This document shows positions 1-9,769 of a DNA stretch of 64,000 bases, in pieces (position 1 is the first letter of the stretch; every line of letters begins with the position of its first letter). The stretch comes from Macrostomum hystrix (taxonomy: Eukaryota; Animalia; Platyhelminthes), in assembly GCA_950097015.1 (NCBI GenBank), contig CATNEN010000038.1, positions 15,438,001-15,502,000 of the forward strand, given 5' to 3'. The notes below the pieces were generated by a model, which worked only from the letters and a program-made list of their open reading frames with translations, was not told where the DNA came from and did not search any database. The position numbers and the translations under genes were made by a program.

Positions 1-2
1 CA

Positions 3-614
3 CACTGGAATCAAAGCCGATGTTTCTCCAAACCTCCGTTGAAGTACAAAGTAGCGGAGACCAACCGTACAGGATTTTTGGACGTAAGAACTATGGAAAT
101 TGAGACAGAGCACCCCACCTTTCAGGACTGCTCGAACCGAACTGGATACCTGTTACCCAAAGAGGACAAAGTGTACAAGGTCGACTCAAATTTCACCAGC
201 TTCGAACTTATACAGGTAAAGAAATTGAAGAACGAAGATTGGGGAATAGAGGCTATGAAATTACCTAACATCAAACGGATTATCTTTACACCAGAAACAG
301 ATATTAAAATAGAAGAAATCCGAAGGCCAATTACATTGCACGATCTGTACACGCAGATGAAGGACCAGAGAGAATTTCTGAGAACGGTATTTAAACTACC
401 AAAGCAGAAGACTTCACAGACGCTCGACCTCCCACCATTGGAAGCAAACATAGCCCTCAAAACTTATGACTTCGCATCTTGGATGCCGTGGATAGGCATA
501 AAACTCAATATTTTCAACATAGCCGTTGGAGCTGCCGCTCTCTGTGTATACTTCTACATCATACTTAAAACCATAATAGTTTGTCACAGGCTCTATCGGA
601 AAAAGTACGAGTGA
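3..614 (+). CDS. C-terminal part of a retroelement envelope glycoprotein, herpes gB-like (class III fusion) with TM anchor; 5'-truncated by the window edge
   Basis: Frame is open from base 3 (HWNQSRCFSKPPLKY...GFLD...EI...QDC...Y), resembling the gB motif CYSRPLVSF..GQLG..NEL....EPC; sequons NQS, NRT, NRT, NFT; hydrophobic helix IFNIAVGAAALCVYFYIILKTIIVC followed by a basic stop-transfer segment RLYRKK. Confidence 0.7.
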   Translation, partial: HWNQSRCFSKPPLKYKVAETNRTGFLDVRTMEIETEHPTFQDCSNRTGYLLPKEDKVYKVDSNFTSFELIQVKKLKNEDWGIEAMKLPNIKRIIFTPETDIKIEEIRRPITLHDLYTQMKDQREFLRTVFKLPKQKTSQTLDLPPLEANIALKTYDFASWMPWIGIKLNIFNIAVGAAALCVYFYIILKTIIVCHRLYRKKYE

Positions 615-1973
615 CCAGGAATTCGGGCAATTCAAAGACGGATAAAGGCGACGCGAGAACAACACGAATTGTTAGTACAGCCAAGCACGGACACTAGCTA
701 CAGACACACGGGCCCACGCCGCCCAGCACCAGAGGCACCAACCACAAATAAGGAACAGCATCACCCGATGATTCCGTCTGCTCCACTGGCTTCATCAATC
801 TATCCGACGATCAGCTCATGGCCACCGCCGATAGTGGCAGCAATTACGAACGGCCAGAAATACACGGTGACACGACTGAAGATAGGCACGCGAGTCTGCA
901 GAGCGCTGATAGACAGCGGAGCTGAGAGGTCGCTGATAGACGAAGCGACGGCGCGCCGATACAGTGACAGCTTCGAGAAGCCGACGACAGAGCTACAAGG
1001 AGTACACGGAGGAAATCTCACGCAATCCGGAATGATCACGTTACCAGTCGAAGCAGGAAACGCAATCGTCAACGTTAAGTTTCATGTCATTCCTAACTTG
1101 AGCTCTGGGAGATACCATGCACTCCTGGGAATTGATTACTTAAGTCAGTTGCAGGAGGGTATGTCTATCAATTACCAACAGCAACAGATGCAGTTAAATG
1201 GCAGATCGTATGAAATCATGACAGTCGCCGCCCAAGAAGCCCCAAATAAGATCAGACTAGTTTCCGTGGTAAACCTGAATCCATGGGAAACAGCTCAAAT
1301 TACAGCTAGAACCGACTCAAAGGAGGAATTGCCTGACACGGTACTTTTCGAGCCAGACAGGGGTATCGTCGAGAATAAGGCGATAGGTCTGACTCAGGAG
1401 ATAGTTCATCCGGACGAGAAGGGAGAGATACACGTTCTCATATCTAACGAATCAGCCAGACCGATCACTCTGTACCCGGATACAGCCATAGGTTCGTATG
1501 AGGCAGATATAAAGACATATGAAATAGCTGTGAATCAGGAACAGGCACCGGCAATGACAGAGACAGAATTCAGAGATGCGATTAATCTGCAGGGAGCCGA
1601 GATAACAGCAGAGCAGAAAGAACAACTAAGAGAAATCCTCTGGGAGAACAAGGAAGCATTTCGTCTCTCAGATGATGAGATAGGCTTTACAGAAGTAGCG
1701 AAACACGAACTCCACATAAAACCGATTGTGGAGGTGAAGCTGATTTCAAATCAAGAGTCTTTCCAAGTGCACACCGACAGGCTGAAGCCAATGGCCACGT
1801 CAACACCACATGTGATGCTTCCTGACCTCAGACCGAGCGACCCACAGCGCCACCAGCGACAGCCAAGGCAGCGATTCACCAAGGAAGTGAGTGTGCAGGC
1901 AGAGGAGCTGGACGCACAGGCCGATACAGCTCGGAAGAAATACAATCTGAGGAGTAAAGTGAAACTTCTTTGA
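615..1973 (+). CDS. Truncated pol: PSAP-containing linker, retropepsin protease, pre-RT region fused to integrase C-terminus
   Basis: Same frame as env, open from 615; RALIDSGAERSLI and ALLGIDYL protease motifs; EQKEQLREILWENKEAF...IGFTEVAKHEL is the typical start of the gypsy RT region; ends with an integrase-type tail; no YxDD, RNase H or DDE motifs. Confidence 0.8.
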   Translation, partial: PGIRAIQRRIKATREQHELLVQPSTDTSYRHTGPRRPAPEAPTTNKEQHHPMIPSAPLASSIYPTISSWPPPIVAAITNGQKYTVTRLKIGTRVCRALIDSGAERSLIDEATARRYSDSFEKPTTELQGVHGGNLTQSGMITLPVEAGNAIVNVKFHVIPNLSSGRYHALLGIDYLSQLQEGMSINYQQQQMQLNGRSYEIMTVAAQEAPNKIRLVSVVNLNPWETAQITARTDSKEELPDTVLFEPDRGIVENKAIGLTQEIVHPDEKGEIHVLISNESARPITLYPDTAIGSYEADIKTYEIAVNQEQAPAMTETEFRDAINLQGAEITAEQKEQLREILWENKEAFRLSDDEIGFTEVAKHELHIKPIVEVKLISNQESFQVHTDRLKPMATSTPHVMLPDLRPSDPQRHQRQPRQRFTKEVSVQAEELDAQADTARKKYNLRSKVKLL

Positions 1974-2147
1974 CAACTGATGTCAAGGTAGCGAGGAAGC
2001 AGACGGACAATTTTACCTTTTAAACCAATATTTATTACTCTGTTGGTGTGCGCTCTGATATTTAGAATTATATATTTTATATTACTCTGCATCACTAGTC
2101 ACTATTTATTCACTCACAAATATTCAACCCACCCTTCGGATAATCAG

Positions 2148-2912
2148 ATGTATTCGACGGAGCTAGACACAGTGGATGATTGCACCATCGATGAGCCGCT
2201 TACGACCTACACATTGGTCAAGCCATTGTTTGCATCGGCAGAACCAAGCACAGCAGTCGGGAAGGAGATGAACTTTAGGAACAGCGCCGCCACTGAACAG
2301 CAACGGCGACATCTCCAAACCCAATGGGAGATCAGAAGATCTAGACACGGACGATCGCCGTGCCCAACAGTAATGAGAGAGAGCTACAGACGGGAAGAAA
2401 AAGATCTGTCCTTCATGATGCTACACAACCTTATGGACAGACAGTCCATCCAGAGCAAGCCTAATCGGCATGGTGAGATGAAACTATTTGACATTCACCT
2501 GGACATGCTGGATGCGCCACGAATCCCAGCCAATGTAGTGACGCACCTAACAACAGCGCGCATCCTGGCCGACGAAAATAACCCACTCTGGCTCCGCTCG
2601 GACTATAACATCCTCCGTAACCGAACAACAATTTTCTTTCACTACGGGGAACAAGACGCTTTTACCTGTGTCATAGTCAAGGTTCTCTGCCATAATCTAG
2701 CTGTCAATCTGATCCATCCGTGGGGCCCACGACCCAATGCGATATGCACCACGTTATCCAAGCATCTGTGTAAAGCGTTGGATTATCATGGAATTCGTAT
2801 CAGCAACCAGGAAGCGGAGAAGCGAGTAATCCACACTTACTCACCGGCGCTGCTCCAGTGGCCGCAACTAAAAATGGCACTGGAAGCCTCGCAAGCCACC
2901 GCTTCTCAGTAA
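2148..2912 (+). CDS. Retroelement accessory ORF A (254 aa, unknown function)
   Basis: Long ORF with coding-like composition between pol and the PPT; ATG directly after taatcag; a further open stretch in another frame (~2962-3201) may be a frameshifted continuation. Confidence 0.5.
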   Translation: MYSTELDTVDDCTIDEPLTTYTLVKPLFASAEPSTAVGKEMNFRNSAATEQQRRHLQTQWEIRRSRHGRSPCPTVMRESYRREEKDLSFMMLHNLMDRQSIQSKPNRHGEMKLFDIHLDMLDAPRIPANVVTHLTTARILADENNPLWLRSDYNILRNRTTIFFHYGEQDAFTCVIVKVLCHNLAVNLIHPWGPRPNAICTTLSKHLCKALDYHGIRISNQEAEKRVIHTYSPALLQWPQLKMALEASQATASQ

Positions 2913-3677
2913 GAGCTTAGGGACCGGAAGCGTTAGGGGCATAAGGAGACACGAGAGCTGAGACACTGACGCAACGATAGGACAGAAAAGACGATTCGAT
3001 TGGACGTCCTATCCACGTGGCACTCTCACTCAATGTGCAATCCTTAAGGCAGTACCCAGTTCTCTAAAAGAAATTCGGGAGGTGATTCACATCTCGAATA
3101 ATCGGACCAGTGAACTAGGGGAAGCCAGGCCCGTCACTCAAATTGAATTTAAGTTTAGAATAGCAAAGAATACAAAGACAAGGCTTCACCGAATTCCATG
3201 ATGAGGCACACCTTATTTATTATATGCAAAACCATTATTAATTCCGACACGTTTATTCACTCCGACACGTACTAGCACTAGCAAATCACAACTTACAAAA
3301 AAAAAACACGACTGATACGAAAGAGACACAACATGATCAAAACACACAAGGGACACAACACAATAGCAATACACCACAAGGTTGCACCCAACGCGATAAA
3401 ATAATCTAAAACATATCATCACCCTGAGATTCCCTGAACTATTATTAATCAACTGGGATCTCAAGGAACGTATATTCGCTATCAATACATCGCATTTTGG
3501 TTCCGGTTTTTGGAAAATCTCATAACTTATCTCTGTTTAACTTCATTTCAATTGAACTTAAAACATCAATTACAATAGATAGGTAGTAGCAACAAGTATG
3601 CCACAGAGAACGTAGGATTAAAAGACAAAAATATAACATTCAAACCGGAATCCGAAACATTATCCAAATTTCTAGCA

Positions 3678-4001
3678 ATGAACACAGTCAACATCCCACT
3701 CATCGGGACCATGCGAACTCAACAGTCCGTCATCCACCAGACGGAGATGAACAATCGCAGGTGGGTCCGGCTGGTGGGAATATTAACGGAGCTGGAGAGG
3801 TTCGTGGAGGAAAGTTGGCCCGACGACACACCATCGGCCACAAGGCGTCGGGGCTATTGGATGAAATGCGTCATCCGTAGCGCCGCTCGCCAAGCCAAGG
3901 CTTGGGCGTCGGGGCGACTGGCCTGGTGGCGCAACCGACTCCAATATCAAGTTGAAGCCTGGCGCAGCATACAGGACGCTTTAATAATGAAAAAAAACTA
4001 A
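3678..4001 (+). CDS. Retroelement accessory ORF B (107 aa, Trp/Arg-rich, probably helical)
   Basis: GC-richer ORF bounded by AT-rich spacers; ATG preceded by tttctag|ca. Confidence 0.45.
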   Translation: MNTVNIPLIGTMRTQQSVIHQTEMNNRRWVRLVGILTELERFVEESWPDDTPSATRRRGYWMKCVIRSAARQAKAWASGRLAWWRNRLQYQVEAWRSIQDALIMKKN

Positions 4002-4207
4002 CTGGCCATATTTATTAATTACTCTAATATATCATATCCAGTAGGGATTAAATAAAGGGATCAATCTCAGATTTCACCGTTTTATATATTCACAGACTCA
4101 CTAACAGTAGACAGTTCAGCAATTCGAGGAAGACCTGGAGAATAACCTAAGGAATAAAAGAAAAACGCCTAGGAAAGCCACCTATATTGGACAACCTTTC
4201 CAGCGCG

Positions 4208-4549
4208 ATGGCCAACCGAGACTACGACCGCCGCCCCGGCCAGAAGTTTGTTGACGTGGACATCCGGGGGCGGCCGGTCCTGAAGGCCGACGCGAGCACT
4301 CAGGTGGCCGAGGAGGAGATTGATGGCGGCCTGACGGTCGCCACGTCGACAACCGACCTGAGAGAATGCTACCTAGAGGATTTTTACCCCACAAGACAAG
4401 TGCAAGGCACGTGGCCACCAGAGACCACGTATCGGCCCGAGCCCACCACCAGGCAGTGGCCCACCATTGATTGTTTCCGGCGTCATTTCCGGGACAAATA
4501 CCAAGTGCCACTACTGGATGGTTACTACACGCACTTCTATAATTTATAA
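4208..4549 (+). CDS. Retroelement accessory ORF C (113 aa)
   Basis: GC-rich ORF bounded by AT-rich spacers; ATG preceded by ctttccag|cgcg. Confidence 0.45.
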   Translation: MANRDYDRRPGQKFVDVDIRGRPVLKADASTQVAEEEIDGGLTVATSTTDLRECYLEDFYPTRQVQGTWPPETTYRPEPTTRQWPTIDCFRRHFRDKYQVPLLDGYYTHFYNL

Positions 4550-4720
4550 GTAAAACTATATTTATCTACGGTGCAGGTCAAATACATTTATTGATTTCGT
4601 TTTCATCAAGTATCAGATTTCAAACGTCTTATATGTTCACAGATCTACTAGTAGTAAGCCGATTAGCAGCTCGATTAAGACGATAGGCTACATCTCCCTT
4701 GACCAGTCAAGGATTTCTTC

Positions 4721-4730
4721 AAAAGGGGGA
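4721..4730 (+). other. Polypurine tract (plus-strand primer)
   Basis: aaaaggggga immediately 5' of the LTR start TG. Confidence 0.8.
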
Positions 4731-5662
4731 TGATATAAGACTTAGAAATCTGAATGGAATTTAAGTGGGCGTTAGTAGGAAGCAAAAGCCAAAAATAGCA
4801 ACAGCAGAAAGTACGAGCAACCGAAAGGAGAATGATTAGACAAAATCCGCCCCCAGAGATCAACTATTCATTTCAGCGCAGGCCCGGTTCGGCATGACAG
4901 CAGCTGTGCCGACGTGGAGCTGGCTGAGACCGGATCCGCAGAGGCGCTGACGTGGAGCTGCCGGAGACCGGATCCGCAGCTGTGCTGACGTGGAATGGCC
5001 CGAGACCGGAACGCAGCTGTGCTGACGTGGAGCTCCCGGAATCAACCCGGCCTACCCCGACCTGCAGCTGCCTGCATCGACCCAACCCAGCAGAAACTGG
5101 AGCCGCCCGGACCCGATCGGGAACGAGATCGAGAGGAGGCCGAGTCCGCACAAGAAGGCGGGATCGATGAAAGAAAAGGGGTTGGCGTGCCTGCCAACCA
5201 ACTAGTTTAATGACAATAACTGTACTAGACTCGAGGCTGCGACCTCACTCACCCCAAATTCCCATGCGTACTGTCGCTATGGTATTATCTCCCCCTCGGA
5301 TCGAGGGGTTTTAAAGACACTATATATATCGGTGCGGAGCGCGGAAAAAGATCCGCCGCGCGAGTTAGTTAGAGACTCGCTTTGAGCTCCGTTTAGATAA
5401 ACTTACTAGAAAATCATTGTGTTTGCGTTCTTTCTTAAGTAGAATCCATGACAACGGTCTAGAGAGATCACTACGACCAGCCGAAATACTGAGCATCGAT
5501 AGTCGTTAGGAGTTATAGCCTTCAAGACTTTTAGACTGCAATAAACCGCTAGACAAACTATAGGAAAATACAAGTGAAGAAGAAGAAACATTAAAACTTG
5601 AAGCGCTATAGACTTATTGAAATCATTGAAGACTGAAGATCGGACAGGTCAGTCACTTAACA
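4731..5662 (+). repeat. 3' LTR (~930 bp)
   Basis: Starts TGATATAAG after the PPT; TATA-like tatatatat 5321-5329; AATAAA 5540-5545; ends ...cacttaaCA, after which a SINE fragment follows; U3 has about four tandem units containing TGACGT/CGACGT (4900-5035). The 3' boundary is less certain than the 5' boundary. Confidence 0.7.
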
Positions 5663-5821
5663 GCCGCACTTTTTGCACTGCTTTTTCAAAGGCTGTATAA
5701 AACTGTTCAGTCCGTGGACTGGGGGCCGCCACGCCCACTCAGATAGGCCTAGCAACATAGCAACTAAAGCAACGTAGTTTATTGTCTATCTAAAGTATAC
5801 TTTCTAAAGTTTCTTTCTAAA

Positions 5822-5972
5822 GAGAGGATTGTAGCCTAGTGTTTAGAGCGTCGGACTCATGACTTGAAGGTCGTGGGTTCGATTCCGGCTCCACTGTAAC
5901 AATTCATGTCCTTTAGCAAGACACTTAACTATGCATTGCTTCAGTTCACTCTGCTGTTAGATGGGTACCAGC
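5822..5972 (+). mobile_element. tRNA-derived SINE family A (5' part)
   Basis: A box (tagcctagtgt) and B box (ggttcgattcc) head followed by gcaagacacttaac...cagttcac..gctgt..atgggtacc; same family at 25.4 kb, 26.4 kb and 6.5 kb. Confidence 0.8.
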
Positions 5973-6043
5973 ATCAGCTTTTGTGATCAGCAAAGTAATA
6001 ATGCCTAGTAAAAGCACAAATAGCTCGTAATATCGCAGCCCAC

Positions 6044-7064
6044 CTGTGCTCCTCGTGCGTGTGTTTGCATCGACACTTGGCGCGCCACGTGGCCGGATCG
6101 AAATCGCGCCGACGCTTCAACCAGAACTCGCCAGCCTCCTCCGGCCTGGTGGGCACCCATTCGAATCCTGAGCACTTGCAGTGCTGACAGGGCAGCTGCA
6201 GAGCACGGCCGCCTGGCTGTTTGTGCTCGGCCAGACTGTGACCGCAGAAGCAGCGAGAGCCAGAGTGTACTCGCTGACAGTCCTGCTTGTCGTAGGGCGG
6301 CTCGCGCGGTCTCCAGGCAAAGTACCAGCCGGTCGCCTGCGGCACAGATGCGGTTCAATGACGATTCGTTGACAACATAAAAAACTTTAAATTTTTCCCA
6401 AATCTTTTATAAGATTTACACTCCAATTTTAACAACAAACTGACGACCGTCAAAGAAGATGTTGTCCGGGCACGAGTAGTTGAATTTAATAAATAAATAA
6501 TCATATTAATAATTGAAGTAAATGTATAATTAAGTGTCTGTCTAAAGGAAGCAAATTTTTTCAGTGGAGTCAAGAATCGAACCCCGACCATCAAGTCGTA
6601 AGTCCGGCGCTCTAACCACAAGGCTAAAACCCTTGCCTTTAAATTACTCTATCATTAAAAAATTAAACTGACGCCAAATTCCCGAATTTATGACCAAGTA
6701 GGTGCAATAGTTTGAATCCAAGATCCTAAACCTAAATCACCTTGGCCTCTTCGACAGCCCGCATCTCCGGCTCGAACAGCTGCTTCACCCGCGGTGCCAG
6801 ATCCGCTCCGTTCATCGCCTTGGCAACCGCCAGCACATTGTACTGCTCGGCGCGTTGAATTTTGTTAATTCTCAGCTCCCCGCCAGGCAGTTGATAGCGA
6901 CCTGGCAGCAGGTTGCCCTGGGCGTCCGTTGGCAGGCCGCGACCACGGCCCGCAGCTGCTGGCGGCTGGCTTCCGGTGCCTCGCCTAGCAACCGTTTTTG
7001 TTGTTGTCTTTGACGACGACGATGTCGGCGTCTTGCCAGGCTGATTCTGTCTGTTGTTACTCAT
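6044..7064 (-). CDS. FAM221B: FAM221B-like protein, exons 1-2 (7064-6741, 6336-6044); the remaining exons must lie beyond the window start
   Basis: RCFCGHSLAEH...PC..CKC..FEWVPTRPEEAGEFWLKRRRDFDPATWRAKCRCKHTHEEH matches the FAM221B family; phase-compatible GT-AG junctions. Confidence 0.8.
6500..6630 (-). mobile_element. SINE family A fragment (degenerate) in FAM221B intron 1
   Basis: Reverse complement of the tRNA-like head (tggttagagcg...ggttcgattc...ccactgaaa). Confidence 0.6.
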
Positions 7065-8789
7065 GTCCGCTGTAATGTTTTGTTAGGATGATACGAAAGA
7101 CTGTTATAGAAAGAAGGTGAACCAGCTAAATTTTAATCGATAGTTTTGCAAGTTTTTAGCATTTGCATTTTTTGCACGTGATGCAAACAGAACTATGTTT
7201 TTTAAAGAGTTATTTTTTATATCCTTTTTGTAGCACACTTTTCAGCCAAGAAATTTGTGCAAAAAGTATTATGTTAAAGTAAGAATTTTAAAGTAAGAAG
7301 GACTACGTAATGACTTTAGTTTATAAATAAAACAATTATATACAATATTATTGTCAGCAAGTCTTTTTAAAGTATTTTCAAATGTCAGCATGTAAATTAG
7401 GAAATATTTGTTTGGGTATGTTTTGTTAGATAACTTATAACCAAATATTTTAAAAATGAAAAAAAAACGCAAAGCAGACTGTGTTGCAAAAATATTATAA
7501 TAATTCCCACTGAACTTATCCCTTTACATATTTTCTTGTTAGAGATTATTCTACTTTTACTTTAAAAAGTACTTGCGTAGTTAATTTAGCTTTTATATTT
7601 AGTAAACTTACGAAATAATATGTTGCATGTGTTTTCCTGACTTAATAGTTTAAGATATGTCCTAATTAAACGTAAAGGTAAAGTGAAGTTTTTATTTTTT
7701 ATTTTAATGGTAAAATATATCTAGCTATAACCTAAAGGCTATAAAATAACATTGATATCCATGTAAATAAAGTGTGAAATTTCTAGCCGCATGTATTTGA
7801 AAATAAGTCGGAATCAATAAACTTCAGTTACATTTTGTTACCGTCCTAAAATACTAAGACGATGCAAAGACAGTGAAACAATTGTCGTGCTGTCTATGAA
7901 AAATCGATATCTCAGTAACAAGTTAAAAGTGTGCCAAAAAACGCTCACTAATGAGTCTTAGTTCTGAGTTAACATAGAAACTGAAAAAAAATTATATACG
8001 ATACTATTCTTTATCGAAAGAAATTTAAAGCACTATTAAATAAGCGCAATAGCAACAATTTGTTTTACTTACTCGCTTAGTTACTAGTTTCCAAAGGAAC
8101 GCCGAACCAATTTTTTTCTCAAGCTAAATATACTTCAAATTTTCTCTAAAAATAGACTGAATTCCCTGAACGCAGTAAACAACTCTCCACCCTTATTTCT
8201 AAAAACACTTAAGTTCGACATTTTTACTGCACGCTATTGTGCTGCCCTTTCGAGAACTTATAAACATCACTATCTTCTAATTAACTAAAATCCTAAAAAT
8301 TGTGGCTCGACTTGAATTCACAGCAGTATTTTGCGTTGTGAACAGCTTCCAGGCAGGCACTAAGGCTTCCTGCGGGGATTTTCGTTTCGGAATATCCCTC
8401 TTAACTTCTGCATATATTAGAGCCTAATTAGCACTCTAGAACAGCAAGACAAAATCTATGAAAACGATAGAATAATGTAATTTTTGTATCGTATTATTCT
8501 CAGAAGTGACGGATTATAAAGTTCAGGATTTTGATTCATAATTGCATCGTAAGGCTTCGGGTCTAGAAGAATTTTGTGTTCTTTAACTTTGTGACACTTA
8601 AATCTGCATTGCTTCAGTTCACCCAGCGGACGACAATCGGATAGTTGGATTTTGTCAAGCATGGCGGTAGGGAAGACTAGGACATATGCGAAACAATAAT
8701 TTTGAGCGATCGAGAAGACATTACTAAAATATATAGTTTCAAAACGCTCGAATTGAATGGTATGAAGCAAATAGGACTCAAGCGATACT

Positions 8790-8900
8790 CGACAAGAATT
8801 CCTCGACCAGTAATCCTCGACAAGCAACCCTCGACAAGCAACCCTCGACAAGCAACCCTTGACAAACAACCCTTGACAAGCAACCATCGCAATCCTCGAC
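8790..8900. repeat. Short 14-bp tandem repeat (ctcgacaagcaacc)
   Basis: About 6-7 direct copies visible. Confidence 0.75.
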
Positions 8901-9070
8901 CTGGCTGGAGGGCAAGATCCCATCAGGCTGGCAGAAGGACATTGCCAAGAAGGGTGAGCCCAAGAGCGAACTTCTAAAAGTTCAAATGCGCTCGTGATAT
9001 GCGAATTCATTTGTTCGACCAGCAGAAACAACAAAAAACAACAAAAACAACAATATACGCTGTGATAGGC

Positions 9071-9120
<50 letters not shown>

Positions 9121-9121
9121 G

Positions 9122-9168
<47 letters not shown>

Positions 9169-9169
9169 G

Positions 9170-9200
<31 letters not shown>

Positions 9201-9218
9201 GTCTTTCTGTCTGTCTGT
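9071..9218. repeat. (TCTG)n microsatellite
   Basis: Direct inspection. Confidence 0.95.
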
Positions 9219-9769
9219 TGATACGCAGTCATGGATGTGAGAGTGGATGTGGCTCTCTTGTAGGAATTAGAAGCGATTAGAAGCGATGATTGATTAGTTT
9301 TGAATCATTCAAGCTAATCACAAAATTTAGGAAATCATTCTTTTCATGACAACTTTTGAAGTCATACTGCATGTGTTTACATCAAAACATTCCTTAAATT
9401 AACAATGCGAAGTAGCTGATGCGCTATAGCAATTTTGAGAAAAATTGACTAAAAAATTGTTTGTGCTCAGCTGAGTTATTTCTGCAGCTGTTTGAACCGC
9501 TAACAATTTTTGTCAGCTCCCCTGAGCGACTCTGCGAAGCAACCCGTTACGCATGGTCAGATATAGCTGAGGAGCTTGAAGGACTTTCAGCGTCAATCGA
9601 CCCGATGCGCAAGTTCACGCGTACTCCTGCGCACGCTGCGTACTTTGGTGCTGCGAAAATTCATATGGGAATCAAGGAATTGACAAATCAACACACAAAC
9701 CATCAAACACACACGATCTCACAGACGGATCACTCAAAGACGGCCTAGCTGGCTGAACGATCTTCTGAT

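Larger units (their letters stand above)
1..5662 (+). mobile_element. Ty3/gypsy-type LTR retrotransposon (env-bearing, internally deleted, non-autonomous); 5' part lies outside the window
   Basis: Env-like ORF, aspartic protease (LIDSGA), pre-RT segment joined to an integrase C-tail (VHTDRLKP...YNLRS), PPT aaaaggggga at 4721-4730 directly followed by a TG...CA LTR. Confidence 0.88.

Noticed and set aside
8456-9280. 258-aa minus-strand ORF and 93-aa plus-strand ORF
   Set aside because: Built from (TCTG)n and a 14-bp repeat with no domain signal; it could be part of a Helentron-like element, but termini could not be defined
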